NCBI RefSeq assembly: GCF_002282855.1
Contig: NZ_NRIR01000002.1
Location: forward strand, 339,196 to 379,195
Length of the DNA: 40,000 bases
DNA from: Paraferrimonas sedimenticola
Lineage (GTDB): Bacteria > Pseudomonadota > Gammaproteobacteria > Enterobacterales > Shewanellaceae
Direction: 5' to 3'
A model generated the notes under the pieces. The model saw only the letters and a program-made list of their open reading frames with translations, ran no database searches and had not been told where the DNA came from. Positions 26,446 through 35,338 of the stretch are shown piece by piece (within the stretch, counting starts at the first letter, position 1; each line of letters begins with the position of its first letter). A program made the translations under genes and the position numbers.

Positions 26446-29400
26446 ATGAATAATCCCAGTCAAGAAGCCCAGCTAAAGCTACCCATTCAAAAAAGCTATA
26501 ACCGCGCGGTGTTTTACACCTACATAGGTGTGATTGTGCTAGCGCTGTTTAGCGCTTACTTGGTGTTTAACGGCCAAAAGCAACAACTGATAGAAAAGCG
26601 CGAAAGTCAGGTTGAGCAGCACGTGTTGCAGGTGGACATGTTATTGGAGTCCAGCCTGCGTGCTATCACAGGACTTAAGCGAATGGCAGAAGACCACTTG
26701 CGCTCGGGTCAGGTGATCCGCACCAGCCGTATGCAGGATTTCATCAGCTACTACCCGGACAGCAATCAGTTTGAATCGCGCACTGGCTCGCCCGACATCC
26801 AGCGCGCTCGAGCCAACCTAGGTCGCATCACAGGGGTGGGTGAAATTAGTGATCGCGACGAAGACTTCTATCTTGAGATGGATATGATGTTTGAGCTGGC
26901 GATGGCGTTTCCGATAGCTAAGGAAACCGCCCCTAAAGCCTCGTCTATCTACTACATTTCCAAGCAAAACATGATGGTGAACTATCCGGTGACCGAGGAC
27001 GACTTTTCGTTTCGCCCCCAGATACTCAACCAGCGCAATTTCCTGCAAGCCACCCCGGCGCAAAACCCCAACCGCGAACTGTTTTGGAGTGAAGTCTACA
27101 CCGCCGCCGGCGCTCAAGGGCTACTGACTAACATAGGTTTGCCGGTTTACCACGAAGAGAATTTCATCGGTTCGGTCAACCTTGAGATGACCTTGGCCAG
27201 TTTGGCGTGGCAAATTCGCCAGTACTTTCGCATGCAAGGTACGGTGATCTTGTTGGACCAAGCCAACAATATTCTGTCTCACAGCGATTTTGGTCAGGAC
27301 GAGAGCAATCGGGTTTATCACATCAGTCAACGTATCCCCTCTGAGCTGCATTCTATTCCCGAAGCCGAGTTGGTGGATGCCAAAGGTGGCATGATCCGCA
27401 ACAACTACTTCATTCACGCGGTGCCACTAGTGAATGCGCCTTGGAAGCTGCTCTACATTCAGCCGGTAGACGAGTTGTACAAGGACGCTTGGGACAAGTT
27501 GGAGTCGAGCTTTTTCATGGTGGTGATTGCGCTGTCGGTGTTGGTGACCGTGGTTCACTGGTTGACTCGCCGCACGTTTGTATCGCCGGCTTCCAAGCTG
27601 CTGACCCACTTAGAAGACTGTGCGGTGGCTCCGCAAGCGCCACCGACCATGGTGGACCCTGGCTGGCGTCCATGGTTTGCCCTAGTCAGTCGAATCTTTG
27701 AAGAACACCAACAATACAACTTGCACCTGGCCGAGCAAAACAAGCGCTTGGATGCGCTGGTGGCCGAGCGCACCGCTAGCCTTAAAGAAACGACCGAGCG
27801 TCGCGAGCGCGACTTTGCACTACTGCGCAGCCTAATTGACTCGCTGCCAGAGGCGATTGCCTTTAAGGACCGAGAAGGGCGCTACCTGGGCTGTAACAAG
27901 TCTGCCGAGCGCATGATGGGGCTTACCGAGAACGAGATTGTCGGCTGTCGCGCTGACGAATTTGAGTCGCTGGACAACTCCAGCGAAGTGCGTGAGGAAG
28001 AGCGTCAAGTCTTGACCCTGAAATCGTCGTTGCGTCAGCTCAAGCAAATGGAAATCGCCGGCAAACCTATGTTGTTTGATTGCCTGAAAATGCCATTTAC
28101 TAATCGCCGTGGCGAGTTGCTCGGCCTGATTTCTATTTGGCGCGACGTGACTCGTGAGCACGATGCCGCGGAGCAATTGCGCCAATCCGAAGAGCGCTAT
28201 CAATTGGCCATGGGCGCGGTAGAAGACGGTCTGTGGGATTGGTACATGGACTCGGAACAGATCATCTGCAACGAGTCTTACTACACCATGCTTGGCTACC
28301 AGCCCGGCGAATTCCCACCGCTGATCAGCGCGCTGGAAAGTATGATTCACCCGGACGACCTGCCAGCTCGCGAGGCTTATGTGGAAGAGTTTTTGACTCG
28401 ACCCACCGAAGCCTTTGAAGTGGAGTACCGAGTGCGCGCCAAATCTGGCGAGTACCTGTGGCTGTTGGGGCGTGGTCGAGTGGTAGAGTTTGCCGAGGAC
28501 GGTTCACCGCTGCGCATGGTGGGCACTCACAAAGACATTACCCGTCAAAAGAACAACGAAGAGGCCTTGCTAGAAGCCAAGCAAGAGGCGGAATCTGCCA
28601 ACCTCTACAAGAGTGAATTCCTGGCTAATATGAGTCACGAAATTCGCACGCCAATGAACGCCATTATCGGCATGCTGCAACTGGCTCAGCGCACCGAATT
28701 AACCCCGCAACAAAGCGATTACCTTGAGAAAGCAGGATTCTCAGCTCAGTCTCTGCTGCGGATCATCAACGACATTTTGGACTTCTCCAAAATCGAAGCC
28801 GGTAAGCTGGAGCTCGAGCGAGTGTCTTTCGCCCTTGATCAAGTCTTGGATCACGCCATTAATCTCAATGCGCTACGAGCGCAAGAGAAAGGCATTGAGC
28901 TGCTATTGCACGCGCCAAATAGCGCCGAGCTTCACCTGATGGGTGACCCGCTGCGCTTGGGCCAGATTCTGATTAACTTGCTCTCCAATGCGGTTAAGTT
29001 TACTTCGCAAGGTGAAATCGAGCTCGGTTGCGAGATGGTGTCCCAGCAACAAGGCCAAGTTTCGCTTAAATTCTGGGTTCGCGACACTGGTGTCGGCATT
29101 CACAAACACCAGCAACAGCGTCTGTTTGACGCCTTTAGCCAAGCCGATGGTTCAACCACGCGCCAGTTTGGTGGTACGGGGTTAGGACTGTCAATTTGCA
29201 AGCACCTAGTGGAGCTGATGGGTGGCAACATCGCGGTGGAAAGTGAGCCGGGTGAAGGCTCAACCTTCTACTTTGAAATTCCATTTGCCCGTTCTGAGCA
29301 GGTGGTGGAAGCGCGACCTGTGTTGCCGACTTACCTCAATGGTTTGTCTGTATTGGTGGTGGACGATAATCCCAGTGCCAGCGAGATTTACGCCACCATG

Positions 29401-30159
29401 CTCAAAGACTTCCGTTGTGAAGTGAGTGTCGCCAGCTCCGGCGCGCAAGCCTTGTATCGCTTGGCCAAACAAGACTACGACTTGATGCTGCTGGATTGGA
29501 TGATGCCGGAAATGGACGGCCTTAACGTGCTGGCCGAGCTGGACAAATTAATTGAGTCGGAACAAATCAAGCAGCGTCCAAAAGTCTTAATGATGACCGC
29601 CTTTACCGCTGATCCGCTGCAACAGGAAGTGCATCAGCACGGAGTGGCCAGCTTACTGCAAAAACCGATTAAGCCGTCGAATTTACTCGATACCATTGTC
29701 GATCTTTTCTCTGAGCCTGAGCCTGTTGAAGCGCAAGTGGTGGAAGAGCCAAAAGAGTCGAACAAGGACTGCAAAGCTAATCTGTTGCTGGTGGAAGACA
29801 ACATCATCAACCAGCAAGTGGCCTGTGAGCTTTTGCGTAGTTCAGGTTACCAAGTGGATGTGGCGGACAATGGCCAGATTGCGCTGCAAATGGTGGCGGA
29901 TAACCATTACGACGCCGTGCTGATGGACATTCAAATGCCGGTGATGGATGGTTTGACCGCAACCAAAGAGCTACGTAAGCACTACGATGCGCAGCAATTG
30001 CCAATCATTGCGATGACGGCGCACGCCATGAGTGGTGATCGCGATAAGAGTTTGGCGGCGGGCATGAACGACCACATCACCAAGCCTATCGTGCTGCAGC
30101 AGTTATTCGATACCCTCGACCATGTGCTAGCGGGCGGCGCGGTGGATCAGTCCAGCTGA
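26446..30159 (+). CDS. Hybrid sensor histidine kinase: periplasmic Cache-like domain, 2 TM, PAS x2, HisKA, HATPase, two receiver domains
   Basis: The ORF track starts at TTG 26428. ATG 26446 (MNNPSQ) follows AGGT. TM segments lie near residues 25-45 and 360-380. PAS-like repeats include [14 protein letters not shown] and [15 protein letters not shown]. The H-box is [14 protein letters not shown] and the ATP-lid boxes are [16 protein letters not shown] and [12 protein letters not shown]1 reads [23 protein letters not shown] and REC2 reads [26 protein letters not shown] recognise no HPt domain. Confidence 0.85.
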   Translation: MNNPSQEAQLKLPIQKSYNRAVFYTYIGVIVLALFSAYLVFNGQKQQLIEKRESQVEQHVLQVDMLLESSLRAITGLKRMAEDHLRSGQVIRTSRMQDFISYYPDSNQFESRTGSPDIQRARANLGRITGVGEISDRDEDFYLEMDMMFELAMAFPIAKETAPKASSIYYISKQNMMVNYPVTEDDFSFRPQILNQRNFLQATPAQNPNRELFWSEVYTAAGAQGLLTNIGLPVYHEENFIGSVNLEMTLASLAWQIRQYFRMQGTVILLDQANNILSHSDFGQDESNRVYHISQRIPSELHSIPEAELVDAKGGMIRNNYFIHAVPLVNAPWKLLYIQPVDELYKDAWDKLESSFFMVVIALSVLVTVVHWLTRRTFVSPASKLLTHLEDCAVAPQAPPTMVDPGWRPWFALVSRIFEEHQQYNLHLAEQNKRLDALVAERTASLKETTERRERDFALLRSLIDSLPEAIAFKDREGRYLGCNKSAERMMGLTENEIVGCRADEFESLDNSSEVREEERQVLTLKSSLRQLKQMEIAGKPMLFDCLKMPFTNRRGELLGLISIWRDVTREHDAAEQLRQSEERYQLAMGAVEDGLWDWYMDSEQIICNESYYTMLGYQPGEFPPLISALESMIHPDDLPAREAYVEEFLTRPTEAFEVEYRVRAKSGEYLWLLGRGRVVEFAEDGSPLRMVGTHKDITRQKNNEEALLEAKQEAESANLYKSEFLANMSHEIRTPMNAIIGMLQLAQRTELTPQQSDYLEKAGFSAQSLLRIINDILDFSKIEAGKLELERVSFALDQVLDHAINLNALRAQEKGIELLLHAPNSAELHLMGDPLRLGQILINLLSNAVKFTSQGEIELGCEMVSQQQGQVSLKFWVRDTGVGIHKHQQQRLFDAFSQADGSTTRQFGGTGLGLSICKHLVELMGGNIAVESEPGEGSTFYFEIPFARSEQVVEARPVLPTYLNGLSVLVVDDNPSASEIYATMLKDFRCEVSVASSGAQALYRLAKQDYDLMLLDWMMPEMDGLNVLAELDKLIESEQIKQRPKVLMMTAFTADPLQQEVHQHGVASLLQKPIKPSNLLDTIVDLFSEPEPVEAQVVEEPKESNKDCKANLLLVEDNIINQQVACELLRSSGYQVDVADNGQIALQMVADNHYDAVLMDIQMPVMDGLTATKELRKHYDAQQLPIIAMTAHAMSGDRDKSLAAGMNDHITKPIVLQQLFDTLDHVLAGGAVDQSS

Positions 30160-31964
30160 GCCAAATAGGCTTTTGGATTTTTGGGATAAAAGCGCTCGGG
30201 AGTTTGCGGTTGAAAGGCAAATTCTCGAGTGTTTTTGTATGGCAGTTTCATAAAGCCAGAAACCCCAATGCCCTTGATTTTATCCACATGACTGAGAATT
30301 CTATCCAGCGACTGGCGAAACGCCGCTTGCTTGCGTGGGTTTAGCAAGCGCAAATAGCTGTGAATTTTTAAGTGGGTTGGCAGGGCTTCGAAAATGATGC
30401 AGCCGGTGTGGTGGATCTGATTGATTCGACCGAGTTCGCTCATGATTTCCGGCGGTAACGCAAGGTTCTCGTCCGGATCCGGGCCATCTTCAAAGTAGCT
30501 GTGCAGACGGCTCTCGTCTTCTAGTAGTGGCACATCACTGACATCAAAAGGAATTTGGCAATCGTCTGGCGCGATAAACGCTTGCTTTGCGGACTCGCGC
30601 TCGATGTGCTGAGTATCGCGAGCGTTAAAGAAACACGCCTTAAATACCCCCTCTCGGTCGATACCTCGAGCCAAATCGACCATATTGTTCACCGCTTCGC
30701 TAAAGGCGTGCTTTAACTGTGGGTCGTAAAGGCTAAGGCTGGAATCGATGAGCAGTTGTTGGTTTTTCCAGCGCAACACCAAACCGCCGAGCATGGGATA
30801 GTGGCTAAGGCGACTGACCGCGGCGATGAAGCCTTTTTCCTTATCGCCCATACCCGCCAAAAAGTTGCGATAGTACTTGTCGAGCTGAAAGTCGTTAATG
30901 TCGGCGATGGGCTCGGCGGCCTGATTCTCTCGCAAAAAGGACTTACGCGAAGAATAGCTGACCGACTCCACTTCGCGGGCGCTGTGGTGTATCCATACCG
31001 GTAATTTAGATTGGACCTCAAGTTGCGGTAGTGCGGGTACGTGCCACAGGTGACTTCGAGCCATGGCGTTAAAGAAGTAATCGGCAGCACGGTGACGCTC
31101 GTTGGTATCAGGACTAAGCATTCCCGCGAGGATGCGGGCAAATTCAACCGGTAAGCCTAATGATAAGGGACTGACTACGCTGGCACCAAAGCGGCTGGCC
31201 TGTCCCGAGGCCAGTGCGTACAAGGTTGCCGCGGCGCCTTGTTCGTCAAATCGCGGTGAACTCAATGCGCCGTTAAGCTGCTCATCACCGATAAAGTACA
31301 CATCCCCCATGCGAGCATTGGTTTGCGACTGATCGTCGGCCATCAGCGCGTTGCTAAAAATCGCTCGGCCCAGGGTGTCCTGTTGGGCGTATACCGCAGA
31401 ACCCCAATCAATCAAGGACAACTTGCCAGTCTCGGCTTGGTACACCAAATTCGAAGGTTTAATATCGCCATGAACGATTGGGCGTTCGCAGTCGTGGCGC
31501 AAATACAGGAGCACGTCGGCCAACTGGCGGGCGATGTTGAGAATGTGCTCGGTGGATAGGGCGCCGTAACGCAAATAGTACTGGTCGAGTTCTATGCCCG
31601 GACCGCGCTCCATAACGAGTATGTTCTGGCGGCCGACCTTGGCGTAGTCGATGGCTCCCGGAATATTGGGGTGCGACAGTTGACCTAGCATGTAGGCCTC
31701 TTCTTCTAAGCGTTGTTGCACCGCGGGTGGCAAGGTCATACGGGAGAACTTAAACACGTGCTCTGGCTGGCCTTTTATCTGCCCACAAAACACAAAGCCG
31801 TAAGCGCCCTTGCCGATAAATTCAATATCCTGATAACCCAGCTTGTGCAACTGCTGGCGGCACAACCGAGTCCACGCTTTGAGTTTTCGCGCATCGTCGG
31901 CTTTGAGCAGGTATATAGACTGCTCTTCAGAGATGTAAAAATGCTGCAGCTGTGCTTTGGCCAC
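30147..31964 (-). CDS. Hanks-type (eukaryotic-like) Ser/Thr protein kinase, non-RD, with ~300 aa uncharacterised C-terminal domain
   Basis: The Gly-loop is [10 protein letters not shown]. The beta3 Lys lies in HVFKFSR and the alphaC Glu in [12 protein letters not shown]. The catalytic loop is [11 protein letters not shown] (HGD instead of HRD) and the Mg-binding motif is IDWGSA (DWG instead of DFG). Residues ~300-605 match nothing I recognise. The 3' end overlaps the convergent sensor kinase gene by 13 nt. Confidence 0.75.
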   Translation of the reverse strand: MAKAQLQHFYISEEQSIYLLKADDARKLKAWTRLCRQQLHKLGYQDIEFIGKGAYGFVFCGQIKGQPEHVFKFSRMTLPPAVQQRLEEEAYMLGQLSHPNIPGAIDYAKVGRQNILVMERGPGIELDQYYLRYGALSTEHILNIARQLADVLLYLRHDCERPIVHGDIKPSNLVYQAETGKLSLIDWGSAVYAQQDTLGRAIFSNALMADDQSQTNARMGDVYFIGDEQLNGALSSPRFDEQGAAATLYALASGQASRFGASVVSPLSLGLPVEFARILAGMLSPDTNERHRAADYFFNAMARSHLWHVPALPQLEVQSKLPVWIHHSAREVESVSYSSRKSFLRENQAAEPIADINDFQLDKYYRNFLAGMGDKEKGFIAAVSRLSHYPMLGGLVLRWKNQQLLIDSSLSLYDPQLKHAFSEAVNNMVDLARGIDREGVFKACFFNARDTQHIERESAKQAFIAPDDCQIPFDVSDVPLLEDESRLHSYFEDGPDPDENLALPPEIMSELGRINQIHHTGCIIFEALPTHLKIHSYLRLLNPRKQAAFRQSLDRILSHVDKIKGIGVSGFMKLPYKNTREFAFQPQTPERFYPKNPKAYLAQLD

Positions 31965-32102
31965 GTGATATTCCTAAGCCACTGGTATGGCTCCAATTAA
32001 GCCTCAGCAACGAACCAGACTCAAGCACTTTGGCACAGCTTGCAAAATTTGCTCAAGCTGGCAAGTTAGTGAATTCTAACGGCGCAAAAAACAGGAGTTC
32101 AC

Positions 32103-32693
32103 ATGGCGCACTTATCCCCGCTCGCAGCAGACCTTCACCCAGAGCTTGAGAAAGATTTTGCCATCTTTATCGATATTCTAGGCTTCATTCCCAACAGTTT
32201 GCTGACTATGCAGCGCAAGCCGGCGATAGTGAAGGGTTTTGGGGTGCTAACTCAAGCGGTGATGTCCAAAGACAGTGAGGTGGACTTCGGCTTTAAACGC
32301 TTGTTAGCGCACTTCGCCTCTAACGCTGTGGGTTGTCGTTACTGCGAGGCGCACAGTTTGGTCGCCGCCCAAATTCACGGCATTGATGATGCTAAATTGG
32401 CCGAGTTGTGGAGCTATCAAACCAGTGAGCTCTACTCGGAGGCCGAGCGAGTGGCGTTAGATTACGCTTTAGCGGCGGCTAGTGTGCCCAATGCGGTCGA
32501 CGAAGCTTTGATGGTGCGTATGAAACAACACTGGAGCGAAAACCAAATCGTCGAGATTTTAGGTGCTGTATGCCTTTACGGCTTCTTAAACCGTTGGAAC
32601 GATTCAATGGCGACGGATCTCGAAGAGGCCCCACTGGCTATGGCGCAAGCGGTATTGGATCCCAACTGGAATGCCGGAAAGCACGGTGGCTAA
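32103..32693 (+). CDS. AhpD/carboxymuconolactone decarboxylase-family peroxidase-related protein (CxxC)
   Basis: The 196 aa all-helical-looking protein has the family-typical GCRYCEAHS redox CxxC motif. ACAGGAG lies upstream of the ATG. Confidence 0.7.
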   Translation: MAHLSPLAADLHPELEKDFAIFIDILGFIPNSLLTMQRKPAIVKGFGVLTQAVMSKDSEVDFGFKRLLAHFASNAVGCRYCEAHSLVAAQIHGIDDAKLAELWSYQTSELYSEAERVALDYALAAASVPNAVDEALMVRMKQHWSENQIVEILGAVCLYGFLNRWNDSMATDLEEAPLAMAQAVLDPNWNAGKHGG

Positions 32694-32803
32694 CACTTGA
32701 TTTAGGCTTCTTGACCCAGATCACGCCAATTTTGTTGGGGGCGATATAGAGTAAGAAATACATCGGATTGCTTTAACTATTTCTCTAACAAAGGAGGCCA
32801 AGC

Positions 32804-33148
32804 ATGACGGTACCCAAGTCAGAACTTATCGCCCTTTTAGACTTCCCACGCCGCAAAATGCTGGCGATGATGGAGCTGGGTGAATGCCCCCACAATGGCT
32901 TTTTCGATCTTAGTGATTTGCGCTGCCAAACTTGCCATCAGGGCAGCGAGTGTCGTTGGGTGAATCACAATGACCAATGCGTTGACTTAGACAGTAAGAC
33001 GCTTGAAGACCTTCAGCAGCAAATTCTCAAAGCGGCGGATTTCATCGACGCCAGTCTGGATCTAGACCATCAATACCGCGAAAGCTGCCAATGCGATAAT
33101 TGTCGCTGGTTAACCAAAGCCAATAAAACCCTCACCGCCCTAGCCTGA
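32804..33148 (+). CDS. Small cysteine-rich hypothetical protein (8 Cys, two CxxC)
   Basis: The 114 aa protein has a strong SD (AAGGAGG) 6 nt upstream. Cys-containing segments are CPHNG, CQTCHQGSEC, C59 and CQCDNC. I recognise no family. Confidence 0.6.
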   Translation: MTVPKSELIALLDFPRRKMLAMMELGECPHNGFFDLSDLRCQTCHQGSECRWVNHNDQCVDLDSKTLEDLQQQILKAADFIDASLDLDHQYRESCQCDNCRWLTKANKTLTALA

Positions 33149-33228
33149 TTTCTAGGGCGCATTGCCTCTTGTGAGCCGAGCTTGCCTTGCGCTAGAGTGG
33201 AGCCTGTTTTTATAAAGCAGGAGCGTCT

Positions 33229-33885
33229 ATGCAAGCCGAGTTTTGGCACCAACGCTGGTCTAAACAGCAGATTGGCTTTCACCTACCCGGGGTAAACCCA
33301 CTACTAGAGCAATACTGGCCGCGTCTGGGCGCGAGCAAAGATGCACGAGTGTTTGTGCCTTTGTGTGGCAAATCGTTAGACATGGGTTACTTGATGGCTA
33401 CACAGGCGAGTGTGGTTGGTTGTGAGTTAAGCCAAACTGCGGTGGAGCAGTTTTTTGACGAAGCCGGCTTGGCCGTCGAATGCACAATTAAAGGCGAGCA
33501 TCAAAGCTATCAGGCGCAAAACATTGAATTGATTCAGGGTGACATCTATACGCTGGAGCAGGCCTCAATTGGCGATTGTGACGCCTTTTATGACCGCGCC
33601 GCATTAATTGCCTGGCCCGAGTCGATGCGAGCCGATTATGCGCGCCAGTTGGCCAGTTTGCTCCCTAGTGGCAGTCGAGGGATGCTCATCACTTTAGACT
33701 ACCCTCAGGCGCAAATGGACGGCCCTCCGTTTAGCGTGCCTCAGTGCTGGGTTGAGCAGTACTTAGGCGAGCACTTTGACATTGAATTGGTGAGCGAGAC
33801 CGATGTGTTGCAAGACAACCCCAAGTTTTTAAAGAAAGGGGTTGAACGTTTGAGTGAGACTGTCTACTTCCTCACGCGCAAATAA
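33229..33885 (+). CDS. tpm: Thiopurine S-methyltransferase (bacterial Tpm; Se/Te methylation)
   Basis: The 218 aa protein has FWHQRWSKQQIGFH..VFVPLCGKSLDMGYL...FYDRAALIAL-type SAM-MTase motifs characteristic of the TPMT family. Confidence 0.85.
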   Translation: MQAEFWHQRWSKQQIGFHLPGVNPLLEQYWPRLGASKDARVFVPLCGKSLDMGYLMATQASVVGCELSQTAVEQFFDEAGLAVECTIKGEHQSYQAQNIELIQGDIYTLEQASIGDCDAFYDRAALIAWPESMRADYARQLASLLPSGSRGMLITLDYPQAQMDGPPFSVPQCWVEQYLGEHFDIELVSETDVLQDNPKFLKKGVERLSETVYFLTRK

Positions 33886-33905
33886 GTTACACGAATTTCA
33901 GACAC

Positions 33906-33934
33906 TAAAAAGGCGACCCGAGGGTCGCCTTTTT
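33906..33934. terminator. Bidirectional rho-independent terminator between tpm and the porin gene
   Basis: AAAAAA-GGCGACC-cgag-GGTCGCC-TTTTT forms a 7-bp GC-rich stem flanked by an A-run and a T-run, so it can serve both convergent genes. Confidence 0.85.
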
Positions 33935-33952
33935 CACAATCCAAACTCTGGA

Positions 33953-35020
33953 TTAGAAGGTGTAGCGGATACCAACGGTAACCAACTTGTCGTCCAAGTT
34001 GATTTTGTTGTCTACTAGAGTAGTTGAACCATCGAACTGAGTGTACTGACCGTATAAGAAGGCGTTGCTAGACAAGTTGTAGTGTGCGCCTACAGAAAAC
34101 TGCTTCAGGTCGAAGTCTTTCATATCCTTCAGGAATTGCTCACGCTGGTCATTGTTTTTGTTTTGGTCTACAAATGCAAATTTCGCAAAGTTACCTAGGC
34201 CAGAGTTGTCTTGACCGTACTGAGCTTTTAGCAACCAGTCGCCAATCGCGTAAGTTGCGCTGGCCACATAGGTTTGACCTTTACGATCAACGCCAGGCAT
34301 GGCACTTTCAGAGTTTTGGTAAAGTAAACCAAGGGTTAGGTCGGCAACTTTACCTTGAGCAACACCACGTACCGCTTTGATGTCTTCTAGTCCATCAACC
34401 ATAGCACCGGCTACGTAGAACTTTTGCTCTTTGAAGCCTTTGTCACCAATGGTGGCGTTTAGGGCGTAAGCGCGGTCAGCGTACTTAGCGTTACCGTCGT
34501 TCAGTACGTATGAACCGTTAACAGTGACTAGGTTGGCGATGCGTGGCGAGTAGTAGTTTACTACGTCAGCTTCACGGCCTTGACCTGGCAACAGACGGTC
34601 GATATCTGAGTTACCGTTACCGAAAGCATCGATTTTGCCTTCAGACTGCTTGAATACCGAGTCTTCGCGACCAATGATGGCGCTACCAGCAACAGATTGA
34701 ACACCAATCCAAGTAGCACGAGAGCTGAATGGGCTGCTCGCGTTAGAAGTCATGCCGTTGGCACCAACTTCCACTTTGTAGATTACGTCAAGGTCCTTAG
34801 CAACGTTGTGCGCACCCTTGATACCGATCATAGAGGCGTTGTTCTCAAGAACAGTACCGCCAACACCACGGTCTTCGCTGCGCATTGAAGCGATGCCGTT
34901 GTTTGAATTAGTTACAGAAACGTCTAGGCGACCGTAAACGGTTGGACCTTCAGCCATAGCTGCGAAAGAAGAAGCGGCTAGCAGAGAAGCTACTGACGCA
35001 GAAAGAAGTGATTTTTTCAC
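33953..35020 (-). CDS. General-diffusion outer-membrane porin (OmpU/OmpC-like, 16-strand type)
   Basis: The 355 aa protein starts at GTG with GGAG 6 nt upstream. The signal peptide is MKKSLLSASVASLLAASSFAAMA. It has an alternating beta-strand pattern, is rich in G/Y/N/D and ends in GIRYTF. Confidence 0.85.
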   Translation of the reverse strand: MKKSLLSASVASLLAASSFAAMAEGPTVYGRLDVSVTNSNNGIASMRSEDRGVGGTVLENNASMIGIKGAHNVAKDLDVIYKVEVGANGMTSNASSPFSSRATWIGVQSVAGSAIIGREDSVFKQSEGKIDAFGNGNSDIDRLLPGQGREADVVNYYSPRIANLVTVNGSYVLNDGNAKYADRAYALNATIGDKGFKEQKFYVAGAMVDGLEDIKAVRGVAQGKVADLTLGLLYQNSESAMPGVDRKGQTYVASATYAIGDWLLKAQYGQDNSGLGNFAKFAFVDQNKNNDQREQFLKDMKDFDLKQFSVGAHYNLSSNAFLYGQYTQFDGSTTLVDNKINLDDKLVTVGIRYTF

Positions 35021-35338
35021 ATTATGCTCCTAAAGCACCCCTAAAGGGGTATTTTTCTATTCAATCTATGTAATCGAAAACTAGATTGCTGTAATGGCGA
35101 AGATTTTCCCTGATCCGTCTCGCCAATTCGGAGCGCATTGTTACAGATCGAAAGACCACTTTTTGTGGTGAACCTCTCAATTTAAAAGTGCTAAATTAGC
35201 ACCTCATGTAAAACTTGTTATGAAAGCTTGTTAAATGTATATAAAGATGATCTAAAGTGTGAATCCTCGCGAAAAAGGCAGGAAAATGGAGCCAAAAATA
35301 AGCGGATGTTGCACCCCAAAATCCGCTTGACTGATATA

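Noticed and set aside
27832-28350. Long antisense or alternative-frame ORFs lie inside real genes. Examples are 27832-28350 (172 aa), 13888-14328 (146 aa), 9838-10257 (139 aa), 30713-31147 (144 aa), 21052-21369 and 2203-2541.
   Set aside because: All are fully embedded in strongly supported CDSs. Their compositions are Arg/Ser/Ala-rich or otherwise typical of shadow frames, and none has motifs or an SD. They are treated as shadow ORFs.
32031-32045. TGGCACAGCTTGCAA between the Ser/Thr kinase and the AhpD-like gene looks strikingly like a sigma54 promoter.
   Set aside because: The GG and GC dinucleotides are separated by 8 nt, not the invariant 10 nt, so it cannot be a functional -24/-12 element as written. 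It may be part of a repeated AGCT(T/G)GCAA motif instead.
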